From Lama glama (Eukaryota): a DNA stretch of 64,000 nt. Under the pieces are notes generated by a model. The model was not told the origin of the DNA. It worked only from the letters and a program-made list of their open reading frames with translations, and made no database searches. The stretch covers positions 20,462,001 to 20,526,000 of the forward strand of contig CM052816.1 in the NCBI GenBank assembly GCA_028534125.1, in the 5' to 3' direction. This document shows positions 38,271 through 50,460 of this stretch, piece by piece; the stretch's first letter is position 1, and the number at the start of each line of letters is the position of its first letter. Made by a program: the position numbers and the translations under genes.

Positions 38271-40909
38271 CATCAGGCTTCCTCTGTGAATGTGAGTTTA
38301 CAGCAGAAGTTTTCAAATTAAAACCCAATGGGAAAGCACAGAATTCTTAGTCCTGTTTTGGTTCTTTTAAAAATAAATTACTGTGAAGACAACTTTTCTT
38401 ATCTTCAATGTAATGATCCCATACCTTGGGGATTCAGAATATTCAAAATGTGTGTGGGGGAAATGGTAAAAGTTAATCATTTTCACAGTACATGTCTGTG
38501 GTGAGGTCTAATTATCGCTTGACATATTTCACAGTTTAAAATGATGACAGTTTAAAATAGAGCCAGAAAGAGCCAGAAAATCCATGCATTACCATGTGTC
38601 GGGTACTGCATTGAGCGTAACCCCCAAATACAGATGTTAGCCATGCAGACGATTCTGCAGCCTATTCAGATCGTGACAGATGTCCCTGGAGCTGAAGCCC
38701 AGACCTTCTGACCCTGCTGTCATCATCCAGAGGGAGCGTGGGTGAATCTAGCAGCGTAGTTTGTCTCTTGGATCATATTGTAGATGCTAACCTCCCTGAC
38801 ACTCTCCCAACCCAAACCTCTCACTGGCCTTCTGCAGAATTTCTAACGAACAGACAATTCATTGTGACGTGTGCTTTGAATGAATGAATGAAAGCTCTGT
38901 AAACTCCACAGGGTGACACACACTGGCATGTGTCTCCCAGGGAATTGCATGCCTTCCCAGGATGGGGAAGTTGAGAAGCAGCTTCCACTTGGGATTGTGG
39001 TGATTGTTTAATAAGCTGAGCTGTTTGTTTAGGACATAATTAAATAGTCATTTCTTTCCCATGAGATTTCTGGAAGAGGAGCTGTCCAGAGTGGACCTGT
39101 CTGTCCAAATTTCAGATTTCACTTTGGAGATTCCTGGGAGAGGGAGCAGATGAAGCCATCTCAGAAATGCAAATGCTGTTTGACATCTATTAGCTCAGTG
39201 CTTATCCATCGCTGTCAGCAGGATCCATTAGGATGCTGGTGTCACGGATCAGAGACACTCGGAATACAGTGAGAGACATGCCAAAGCCGGCCCAGCCCCA
39301 TTCAGATGACCAGAGAGCACACTGGACATACCTAGCACTCTGGGCCAGGTGCCCACCCATTCCCTCTCCTCACGAGGCCAGTCCCACAGCCAGTCTTCAT
39401 GGCTGTACCCCCGTCACCAAGAGCCTGCCCACCTCCTCTGCCTGCGGGTGGCCGTGCTTTCCTTGGGACGTCTGGTTTGCTTCCTGATGCTGCCATTCGT
39501 GGAATCATCCCAGTGATCCAAGTCCAGGTCTGGGAAAGCCCTTTAGGGTCACTGTTATTTCCAAAGGTGGAGACACACGCTTGAACAAGGGAAGTGACAG
39601 ATCTGAGGCCCATGGCTAGTGAGTAGCAGAGGCAGGACATGAGGACCTGAGCCAGTGTGTACAGACCTGCAGGCCCACTCTGGTTGTCTTTCTGCCTTTT
39701 CTCCCCTTCCTGTTCTCAGGGCCAGGCTTTCCTTTCTCTCGAGGTGGCACAGTGTCCCGCATACCCTAGATACTCGGCCACCATTGCCTAGTGATGGGCA
39801 TCTTGGTTGAGATGTATAGTTAAATTCTTTGCTTTGACTTTTGTTTAAAATATTTCCATGTATCTTCCTATTGAGGGAAGGGGACCACGCAAGAGGGAAC
39901 ACATGGTGACAACTGTCATTATTAAAGTTCCTACCTTAAGCTTTGCTGAGTTAACTTGTTTCAACGCTCAGCCGTCCAGTGTGGCCAGCTGGTGTGACCT
40001 TCTGTTTTGCGGATGATGGAACACAGGCTTTGGAAGGATTAGTGATCTGGCTGGCTGGGTGTTTCTGTTAGTAGGCAGCCCTTACAGTGACCTTCATTGT
40101 AACAGAGCACTCAGAGTCCTCTGTGATAGTATGTCCTTGTGTCTCACTGTGGTGGCCTCCCTAGGACCCTGTCCCGAGGATTCTCAGCTCTAAGGGAAAT
40201 CCCTAAAGCCATTTCTAGATGGTCAGCCCTTGAAAAGCTTAAAAAGAGTAGATACCTTCAGGCTGTACCTGATGGGAGAGGAAGCAGTGTGAAGGATTGA
40301 AGGAAACAGAGAAAAGAGAATGTCCGGAGGCCAGGCACTGTGAAGCATAGAGCAGAAGTGAGGATGCTGGTCTAGGATGCTGGTCCTGGACAAACTTGGG
40401 CGTCTGCCCGCTGTGATACATTGAGCTCCAATACCACGAGGTTCTCCCTCCCCGCAGCCCCCAGGAGGCTGGAGGGAGAGTTCCACTTTGTGAGCCAGGA
40501 GACCTAATGATAGAGACTAAAAAGCCACTGTGGTAGGGGTCCGGGGCGGGGGGGGGGCAGTGGGAGCAAAAGACTTTGCCCATAGGCTGCCTAACGCTGC
40601 ACCCAGGGGTTGCTGAGAATTCAGCAGCACACTCTTCTATTCAAGGGGCCAGAAATGAGTTTTGCCCACACTTGCCTCTCCTGCCTGCTGACTGACACCT
40701 AAACCCGCCATTACTGCTTCATCACCTCTTTCCTCATGAACACCCCCAAATCATTTTAGGTTCTGAAGGAGTTACAGAACTTCCAATGAGCCACATCATA
40801 CCCTGCCTGAGGAACTCACCAAACCTGTCTGCCTCTTTGTAAGAAAACCAAACACAGATTTTTCCTAAGACCCCTGTGCCCAATGTCTGTACCATGTTTG
40901 TTCTGTATG

Positions 40910-41330
40910 ATGGGTCTCAAACTGGTGTTCTGTGGACCAGAATCAGCCGGTGGTCCTGCTGTTTGACTTACATTGTGTTGGCCTGCAGGGGGTTGTTTAA
41001 TGTTTATATTTTAATTTGAATAAGTTGTCAACATCTGAAAACAAGGAAATTTTACTTACACATCCACATCAGCTGATTATTTTGAAAAGGGAAGCCCTTT
41101 GTTGGCTCTGAGCCCTGTGACTTCATGGCAACAACAGGCTGGAGTGAGTAGCCATGTCCTTGGAGAGTGTACACATTTTCCTGTTTGCCACAGTCTGCTC
41201 TGCTCCCTAGTGCCTCCTTGACACCGAGACAGAGTGTTAGACGCACTTGTGAAAAATAAGTATGAACAAGTTGAAATGCTGGAAGAATCATGCTTATTAA
41301 GTTACCTGAGTAGCATTCGAGTTTTCAGTC
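40910..41330. mobile_element. hAT-Charlie non-autonomous DNA element (MER102-like)
   Basis: caaactgg...aatttgaataagttgtcaacat...catggcaacaacaggctggagtgagtagc...tttgccacagtc, recalled from MER102-type consensus. Confidence 0.55.
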
Positions 41331-42799
41331 CTTATTTTGTACTCAGATATAGAACTTGTTAATAACAGCACAGGAGAACCAGATGTCGGTAAGGGTGAGA
41401 GGTGGGAAAGGGAGCAGGAAGTAGGGAAGAATTTACTGTAAAGGCTGGGGTAACCCTTAGCTATTCAGGCCCTCCTTGTGTGTCTCCTATGAAGCTGGTG
41501 TCTACAAGTGGGTCCTTGGTTTAGGTAGTTAAGTCTTCTATTAAACTATTTTATTTTCTGATATTTATGCTATGCTCTATAACCATTCACTCCAGGCTAT
41601 AAGTTTGCAAGTGAGTTTCCAGCCTGGTAATTAATATTTGTGCTTCTTTATGTAAGTTGTCTCTTTAAAATGGATCAGTTGCTTTAAGCATTTGAAAAAC
41701 ACTCCACGTATATTGGAAAGTAATTACTTTCCGAAGATATTTCCCACTGATATTTTGTTACATCTAAATATACATTTACAGTACTCAGTAGACCAGAATA
41801 GTTATGATTTATGTATTTTGGTCCACTGGGTTAAAAAAAAAAAGACTTCTTTAAAGTATCTTTTAATCAGTGTATTTACCCCAAAGATTCTCTTGGCGCC
41901 TCCAGAATCAGTCACGTGGTATAAGTAACATAAACATGATGTGTTCTCTGAGCTGATTTAGAATTTAATGAGAGATGGCATTGCAGCCTGAGAGTGAGCA
42001 TGGCTAACTTTTAATCTTGGCTCTGCTGTATCCTAGAGCTTGAAGGAGCCTATTCACTTCCTCTGTGTCATTTTCTTAATGTGCAAAATTTGGATGATAA
42101 ACAGTTACTCCCCTTGTGTGGTGAAAATTAATGCTTGCTGAGTAGCAAGTACTGTTTTAATAAAATAATCGTAGTTGTTTGCTTTGTACATTTTCTGCTT
42201 TATTATTTTTATTATTTTTCTTGCCTCTGTAATTGGTAGTTACTGAGTTCTCATTATTTCTTTATTAGTCATTTTATAAAAACTGTCTAGTGATTTATCC
42301 TCCATCCCACACTTGTTTTCCCCCTAAATGTCATTAGCAGAGGCAAGAAGCAGGCAAACATCACTCACCTCTAACAGCTGGAGCTGCAAGCGGCTGCTTA
42401 TGGCTCGCCCCTCGTCTTTGGAACAGTGGCTCCCCGTTGGTTGGCTGCTGTGCTGTGAAAGGACTTACATGAAGTCAAGGCGATTTACTAGAAGAACACC
42501 GTCAGTCACAGTGAGACGGCAGGTTGTGAGGGGGAGAGGAGTGAGACGTGCTGTCTAGTCAGGGGCAGGCCTAAGTGGGCAATGACCATGTGACATGGGA
42601 CACGCTATCAAAGGGCAAGAAAATCATCCCTGCACGGTGCAGGGCAACCCAGAGGCTGTTCTGCCTGTAAGCTGGCTCCTCTGCCGCGTCCCCATCCACT
42701 GTTACCTGGGGACTTTCTCCTGCTCTTATTCCTCAGATAATCTCACATCATCTACTCCTGTGTTCTCTAATTTTTCTGTGTGATTTTTCAAACTTATGT

Positions 42800-43010
42800 A
42801 GCCAGACATTCTGAGTATGATCCCACTTACAGGCTGTATTCATTTGGGCAAGTTGCTTAACCTTCTGTGCCTTGGTTTTCTCACCTCTACGATGGCAGTA
42901 ATAATTCTATCTCATATGGTAGTTGAATGGATGAAATACACATTGAAAAAAACACTTAGCATAGCACTGGCCCGCCTTCTGAGCAGAATCTGTGTTCGCC
43001 GTCACTGTTA
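42800..43010 (+). mobile_element. MIR SINE
   Basis: ttgggcaagttgcttaaccttctgtgccttggttttctcacctct...aacacttagcatagcactggc. Confidence 0.8.
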
Positions 43011-43940
43011 GTGATGATTCACTCACACTGGGGCCGGGCTTGGCTGGGTTATGTCTTAGAATTCCAGGTAGGCCTGTAGTACTGGAAACTGGGACACTGG
43101 CAGTGAGCACTCGCTGAAATGAATTGGGTTAGGAAGCCTTGGATTTAGTGGACCAAGTTATTTTCTTTCACCAAACCTAAGTAATTACATTTGCCCACTG
43201 TTTCAAGAAGAATGGGCAATGATAAATTGAAAAGTTTAGAACTGGTTGTGTGGGCTTTTGTTTCTGGCTGTGTGGCTAGATTCCGTAGCTGACTCTCCCT
43301 TTTAAGCTGACTCTTAAAAATGGTGGATAAAACATCTAAAATAATGGCTAAAACATGTAAATAATCTTCTAGTGTTATCAGTGAGAAGACAGGAAAGTGA
43401 AAATTTCCTAAGAGGCCAAAAACTTGGTGGAAGTTGAATATCAAGACTCAAGCTGCCTTTTGCTTTAAGGATATTTGCCCAATGCAAGTGACCTTGAGCT
43501 GAGACCACAAGAGGCTACGTGTGTAGTGTGAGGGTGGAAGGAAAATGCAGAGGTGAGTACGAAAAGTGCCTACCTCCAGCCTTGGTGCTGTGTGGAGGGT
43601 CAAAATATCTCTTCTGAGAGCTAGAACTACGAGCTGGGTTTTCAGCTGAATTCATACAACAGACTGGTCTGAGAATACCTGAAGCCAAGAATTCAGTTCA
43701 AAGCTGTCCTGGTTGGTAGTGCTCTCAGGCACACGGTAGAGGAAAGGCAAATCCTGTCTAGAAGAACCCTTCCTCCACAGAGGCCTCTAATGATTCCATC
43801 CAAGGAATGTGAGCTCACAGTCAAAAACCAAAAAAAGTTACAAAAATAAAAAAAGATACCAAAGTGAAAACCAGTAGAAACAGAACTTCAGATATTGGAA
43901 TTAACAGATACAGATTTTAAAAATGACAAGGTAGAATATA

Positions 43941-44031
43941 TTATTAATTTCTTAAATGGAGGTACTGGGGATTGAACCCAGAACTTTGTGCATGCTAAGC
44001 ATACACTCTACCACTGAGCTATACTCTCCCC
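43941..44031 (-). mobile_element. tRNA-Ala(AGC)-derived SINE (camelid vic-1 type)
   Basis: Reverse complement reads ggggagagtatagctcagtggtagagtgtatgcttagcatgcacaaagttctgggttcaatccccagtacctcca plus an A/T-rich tail. A and B boxes are present and CpGs are decayed. Confidence 0.85.
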
Positions 44032-45173
44032 ACTATAGTATACATTATAAAGATATAAAAAAGGGAGCTGATAATATGAACAAAGAATAAGGCTGTAATA
44101 AATGATCCCGATTATTTGAAAAGTCACCAAGTACAATGTCTAGAAATAAAAAGTATAATTGAAATTTTAAAAATCAGTGGATGAATTTAAGAGCAAATTA
44201 GATATAACAAAGAGAACTAGAAGGAAGGTTGGAAGTCTTACCCCAGAGTGCACACACCACATCGTAAAGGTGTGTGTTCCTCACGTGCACACAGAAAGTT
44301 TAAGCATCTTGCCCAAGCTGAATCATAGAGCAGTTCTTAAAAATTTCTACCCAATGTAGTTAAATAAGAAAAATTTAAAGAAATGCTCCCATATGAGTGA
44401 AGATGGAATACTTTCCTAAATAATACATGAGTCAAAGGACAAATGAGAGTATGTAACTAAACAATAACAAGCATTACATATTGAAATGTGTGGAATGCAG
44501 CTAAGGTAGACTTCGGAGGGAAATCCATTGTCTTAAAGTAATTCTATAAAAGTAGAAGAAAAGTCCAAAGTCAATGAATTAAACATCCAGCTCACAAGAG
44601 TAGGTAAAGACCAGCGGAGGAAACCCAAATAAAGGAGAAGAAAGTGATTAACAAAAACCTTACAAAGGAACGATGAAGCTGAAACAACAAATACCACAGA
44701 AAGGATAAACAAGGCCAAATGCAGGTTCTTTGAAAGGACTAGTACAACTGGGAAAACTCCACTAGAGAATAAAGGGCAGGTGGAGGGAGGGAGGGGAGGA
44801 GCAAGAGAGAATAAATATGTAATGTGGGGAGTGAAAGGAGATTGAATTATTGAGGATGCAGAAATTAAAGCAGTGATAGAATCTTATTTTGCCAATAAAT
44901 TTGAGAGCTCTAATCATTAAATTCCTAAAAAAAAAAGTAAAACTACAAAACTTAAGTAGAAATTAAAAACCCAATCAGTTTTACAATCATTAAAGAAATA
45001 GAATCAGACTTCTAACTAGAAATCTTCCCACGAAAATGACATCAGATCCAGAAATGAGTAGATACTAATAAACATTCAAGGAATGAAAATTTTAATCTCA
45101 CATGAACCATTCTAGAATGCAGAAACTGGATACCCAAACCTGGCAAGAATGGTATTTAAAAAAGAAAGGTTGG

Positions 45174-46368
45174 ACAATGGAAAGACTGCCTATGGAATGG
45201 GAGAAAATATTTGGAAACAATGTGACTGACAAGACATTTCTCCAAAGAGGACATACAGATAGCCAACAGGCACATGGAAAGATGCTCAAAATCACTAATT
45301 ATTAGAGAAATGCAAATCAAAACTACAATGAGGTATCACCTCACACCAGTCAGAATGGCCATCATCAAAAAATCTACAAATAATAAATGCTGGAGAAGGT
45401 GTGGCGAAAAAGGTACCCTCCTACACTGTTGGTGGGAATGTAATTTGGTGCAGCCATTATGGAAAACAGTATGGAGCTTCCTCAAAAAACTAAAAATAGA
45501 CTTACTGTATGATCCAGCAATCCCACTCCTGGGCATGTATCTGGAGGACACTCTAATTTGAAAAGATACATGCACCCCAATGTTCATAGCAGCACTATTT
45601 ACAATGGCTAAGACGTGCAAACAACATAAACGTTCATTGACGAGATAAAGATGTGATTTATATATTACATTCGTATTCATATCTACACACATACACACAC
45701 AATGGACTGTTACTCAGCCATAAAAAGGATGAAATAATGCCATTTGCAGCAATATTAATGGGCCCAGATTATCATACTAAGTGAAGTAGGTTAGAGAAAG
45801 ACAAATATCATATGATATCACTTATATGTGGAATCTAAAAAAATGATACAAATGAACTTATTTATAAAACAGACTAATATACATACAAAGCCAACTTATG
45901 GTTACCAAAGGCAAAAGGGGGTGAGAAGGGAGAAATTAGGAGTTCAGAATTAACAAATAGGCACTGTGATGTATGAAATAAACAAGGACCTACTGTATAG
46001 TGCAGGGAACTATATTCAATATCTTACAATAATGTATAATGGAAAAGAATTTGAAAAAGAGAATATATATATACACTTACATATCTGAATCATTTTGCTA
46101 TACACATGAAATTAACACATTGTAAATCAACTACTTCAATAGAAAATTAAAAACACTACATTACTGTATATGAAATAAACAATGAGAACCTATTATATAG
46201 CATAGGGAACTATATTCAATTTCTTGTAACAACATATAGGAAAAGAGTCTAAAAAGAAAAAATACATATGTATATATATAACTGAATCACTTTGCTGTAC
46301 ACCTGAAATGAACATTGCAAATCAACTACACTTCAATTAAAAAAATAATAAATAAATAAATAAAATTT
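45174..46368 (+). mobile_element. Younger 5'-truncated L1 (cetartiodactyl type): ORF2 C-terminus, 3' UTR, doubled 3' end and A-rich tail
   Basis: ORF 45274-45561 reads [23 protein letters not shown]...[18 protein letters not shown] (L1 ORF2 Cys-rich domain). Near-perfect TSD gaaaggttgg (45164-45173) / gaaaggtagg (46369-46378). Confidence 0.93.
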
Positions 46369-47162
46369 GAAAGGTAGGTTTTGAACATAGCTGTGAGAGT
46401 CCTAAGCAAAAATTAGCAAACTAAATTTAGCAGCATTTATTAAAGATGTATTAATAAAAGATGATAAACTATAATAATTTGGATTTATTCTCTAAGTTTG
46501 CTTTTAGGTTGCCACTAAAAACATCCTGATGTATTTCTTCTCAGCAATAATTTAAAGTGGAAAAGTTATATGATCAACTCACTAGATGTAGGAAAATCAT
46601 TGAAAAATCTAATATTGACTATTACAGAAAAAAATTACTAGAAAACGAAGACTAGACTAAAAAGGAGCTTATTTAACTTAATTTTAAAAACTCATCAGCA
46701 GAAAAATGAGTAAATATATTGAGTACAATGAGAGCCAGATTTCTCACTGTTAGGAAAGTGGGTTACAAATATGGAAAGAGGCACATCTAGAATGTACTCT
46801 TTGTTGTTGGACTGGAGTTGGAAGTATCATTAAGAACTCAAAGTGTGTGTGTATGTGTATGTCTTTGTGTGTAACATTTCCTGTTTGCTCAGCTGGACCA
46901 GAAGCACGTTACCCCAATAGCAGTGAAAGTCCTTAGCACCCAGATTCTCCTCTAAAGGGAACCAAGACCTCCTGGATAAATGGCTGGGTACCCCACTGGA
47001 GCAGAAAAAGTACACAGTGAATCTGAAACATTATTTTGTCCTGCAAAGCAAGGCATTGCCCCAGAAAAATCATGAGGACTTGTCAAAGGGATACAGCAGC
47101 CAACTTGAAAGGGCACACCTGGACACTTTGAGCTTAAACAGGAAAAAAGATAGTAATGAATT

Positions 47163-49531
47163 TGTGGCAGATTGTATTTTCCAAAGACAGCCACAACAGC
47201 GTTTCCTGTTTTATACTTCTCCCAGTGTGCCTCTGAAACCCCTCTCAGTGAGGGATGTAACCTGTGCTCCCTCTGCTTGAATCTGCAGGCTTGTGGTGGG
47301 GTGGAAGTGATGCTGTGTGGCTCCCAGGACAAGATCATAGAGGGCTTGGTAGCTCCTACCTTGTTGACTGGGGCCCTCATGCTGAACCCTGAGCTGTCAT
47401 ACAAACTGTCCGACTATCCTGAGGTCACTGTGCTATAAGGAAGCCCAATCTAGTCCATGTGGAGGAGCGACATGGAGGGCCCCTGGGACTTCATGGAGAA
47501 GGAATAATGCTGTATCAGCCACAGCAGCTTCAGCTTCCACTGTTGTAGCTTCAGCCACCATCTGACTGCAGCTACATCAAAGCTTCTGAGTCAAAACCAC
47601 CCAGCTGCACCCTCCCCAAATTTCTGATCTACAGAAATACTGAGAAGTAATAAAAAGCTTATGGTTGTTATAAGTCGCTAGGTTTTATGGTGATTCGTTG
47701 CATAGCAGTAGATCATTGTAATAGATTTGAAGACCTGGATGTGAAATGGTGCCACAGCAAAAAATCAAAGCATGTGACGTTGGTTTGGGGGCTGGATGGC
47801 AGGAAGAAGCAGGAAGGGCCTTGAAGAGATTGCTGCTGAGAGCTTAAAGGGCACATGTGAGCGTGTTAGCAGAAACCTGAGGAGCCTTGAGGAGGCTCTC
47901 AGTTAGATTTTGAAGGCCAGAAAGGGAAAATGTTATTAAAAGTTGGTCTGGTAATATTGTCACCTGTGGTAATACAATAGGAAATACAACAAATGAACTC
48001 AGGATCCAACTAAACCGACTATCAGGCAGAATATTGAAAGTACCCCCTGGCTGCTGCTTGCCTGTGGTGAAAACATGAGAGAGGTGAGCTAAGGACAGAA
48101 AGGAACCAGGACTCACTGACTTTGAAAGTTAAGCTGTTTCTCATTCCCAGCCTCTCAAAGATGGCAGCAAAAAGTGATCAAATTAAGAAAAGATTTCAGA
48201 GCAAAGATCAAATCCATAGAAGGCCTGTACGATTCTTCTTTGAAATTTCAGAAAAATTTAAGGTATCATAAACCGTTCCAATCAAAAAAAGAATGGAAGA
48301 AAAGAGAGAAAGAGGTCTTCTAAAGATCTTAAGGGTGTGTCGTTCTATTGAAGAGTAGAGCTTCTAGCATCTTAAGAGCATTGGCACATAACAGCCTTAC
48401 AGGGGGCCCAAGATCCAGTAGGCTTCATCTTGAAGAGGTTTGTGGGCTTGACTTTTGTCCAAAAGAGTTTGTTAGGTTTTTCCACAGAAACAGAACCAAC
48501 AGGATATGTTTCCAGAGTAAGAAATTTATTTTGAGGAATCTTAAGGAATCATGCAGTGGTAGAAGCAGGCAAGTCCAAAATCTAATTGTGCAGGCTGGCA
48601 GACTGGAGGCCCAGGAGAGAGTTGTAGTTTGAGTCCAAAGGCCGTCCAGTGGCAGGATTCTTTCTTGTTCGGGGGAGGCCAGTTTTGTTCTAGTCAGGCC
48701 TTCAGTTGATTGGCTGAGGCACACCCACGTTGTAGAGGGTATCTGCTTTACTCAGTCCACCAATTTAAATGTTAACCTCATCCAACAAACATCTTCACAG
48801 AAACATCTACAAGAATGTTTGACCGAAATCTGGACGTGGTTGCCCAGCGAGGTTGATACATAAAATTAACCATCACGTGGTACATTATAAACTAAAACTT
48901 TAAAAAAATGCAAGTTTTTTTTTAAGGATCATACAAGTTTGGACTGAAAGGGACAGAGACAGAACAAGGTGAAGAAGCCTGTGAATGCCGTACTTTCTAT
49001 CAGTAGGAAGCAGTCTAAGAAAACTGATTATCTATAAATGTAGGTTACTTTTTATGAGAAAAAAAAAAAACGATTCAGAGCATGGAGCCAGGAGCCATGC
49101 AGAATTATTCCTGGGTAAGAGTAGAACCAAGTCCTAATCAAGGAACAACTACCTGCTGAAATTCAGAACTGCTATGGATCAGTAATTGAAATGTGCCTCA
49201 CAATTTCTTTTTTTAATGGAAATATCTAATAATTTATATTAGTAATATATAAATATTATCCTATGCCTATCCCACTATTGTAGTTTGGTATATGGGAGGG
49301 GGAGGTAGAGAAGATGTATTTCTTTAGTTTACAGAACTTAAAGAGAAACAGTACTCATGTTGTTGAACTGAGGAATTTGACCTGAGGAGCCTCATCTGAA
49401 CTTGGATCTGATTTCAATAGCAAGATCCTGGACTTTGTGTTGCTTAACTAGTAGATAATGTAATAGGTGTTGTTGCTTCATGCCATGAGATTTTTGAATG
49501 GTTGGTTGCACAACAAAAGGTAACTGGAACA
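47163..49531 (+). mobile_element. MaLR provirus remnant (MLT1G/H-like 5' LTR 47163-~47722, internal region, truncated 3' LTR)
   Basis: Starts TGTGGCAGATTGTATTTTCCAAAG and ends ...taactggaaCA. TSD gaatt (47158-47162) / ggatt (49532-49536), one mismatch. Confidence 0.75.
48464..48877 (-). mobile_element. ERVL MLT2-type solo LTR nested in the MaLR internal region
   Basis: cagaaacagaaccaacaggat...gcaggcaagtccaaaatc...gcaggctggcagactggag...gttgatacataaaattaaccatcac are MLT2 hallmark motifs. Confidence 0.88.
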
Positions 49532-50308
49532 GGATTATAACACATTGGATAAAATAGGAATCCGTGAGCCTGTTTTTATATAAATGGATGAATACATAAA
49601 TGGGATTAAAGGAAAGCTCTTCCTTATACAGGAGAAGAAATATAGAAGGAATGATAGAGCTAAAAAAAGTCACCAGTAGCCAAAGTTAACGAACAGCCAA
49701 AATTTGATAAGGAACAGAATATTACATATTCTGAAAGTACTTCTTCACCAATAATTTTTTAATTACAAAGGGGAAACATTGACTCTACTTTGAAGACACT
49801 TGGTGGATACCACCTTAACCAAGTTCTTGAAGCTAACATCACCAAACTAGGACAAGCTAAAAATCATGTGCCTCTTGATATGATGTACTGAGGAGGACAC
49901 AATGTCTGTAGTATTCTTGTGAAAAATTTGTAACTTGAGTCTTGAGGAAACATCAGACAAATCCCTATTGAGGCATATTCTAGAAACTAACTTACCTGCA
50001 CTCTTCAGAAATATCAAGGTCAAGAAACACACATAAAGGCTGAGAAACTGTTCCAGTTAAAAGGAAACTAAAGAAACATAGCTAGAGCTATGATCCTGGG
50101 TTGGATCCTATAGTAGGAAAAAATAGCTATAAATACTATTGGGACACTTGATAAAAATTGAATATGTACTGTGGATTACACTGAATATGCAGCAATGCTG
50201 ATTGTTACAACTGCACTGTAGAAAGGTGTTTTGACCTTAGGAAATATAATGCTTTATGGTTAAAGGCACATGATGCCTTTAGCTTGTTTGCAAATGGTTC
50301 CACCCAAA

Positions 50309-50460
50309 GTGCGCACATGCACACACACACGTGTGTGTGTGTGTGTGTACATATGTATTCATATATTAAGCTATATATACACACATGATAGTGTGCATGT
50401 GTGTGTATATGTATATACATATATACCTAAACACATGTGTGTATATCTATAACTATATGT
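50309..50460. repeat. Mixed (CA)n/(TG)n/(TA)n simple repeat
   Basis: Seen directly. Confidence 0.9.

Noticed and set aside
43957..44031. Functional tRNA-Ala gene
   Set aside because: CpG-decayed stems, extra 5' bases, an A/T tail and its position inside an L1 indicate a SINE copy.
45274..45561. 95-aa Cys-rich ORF as a host gene
   Set aside because: It is the C-terminus of L1 ORF2 in a truncated element.
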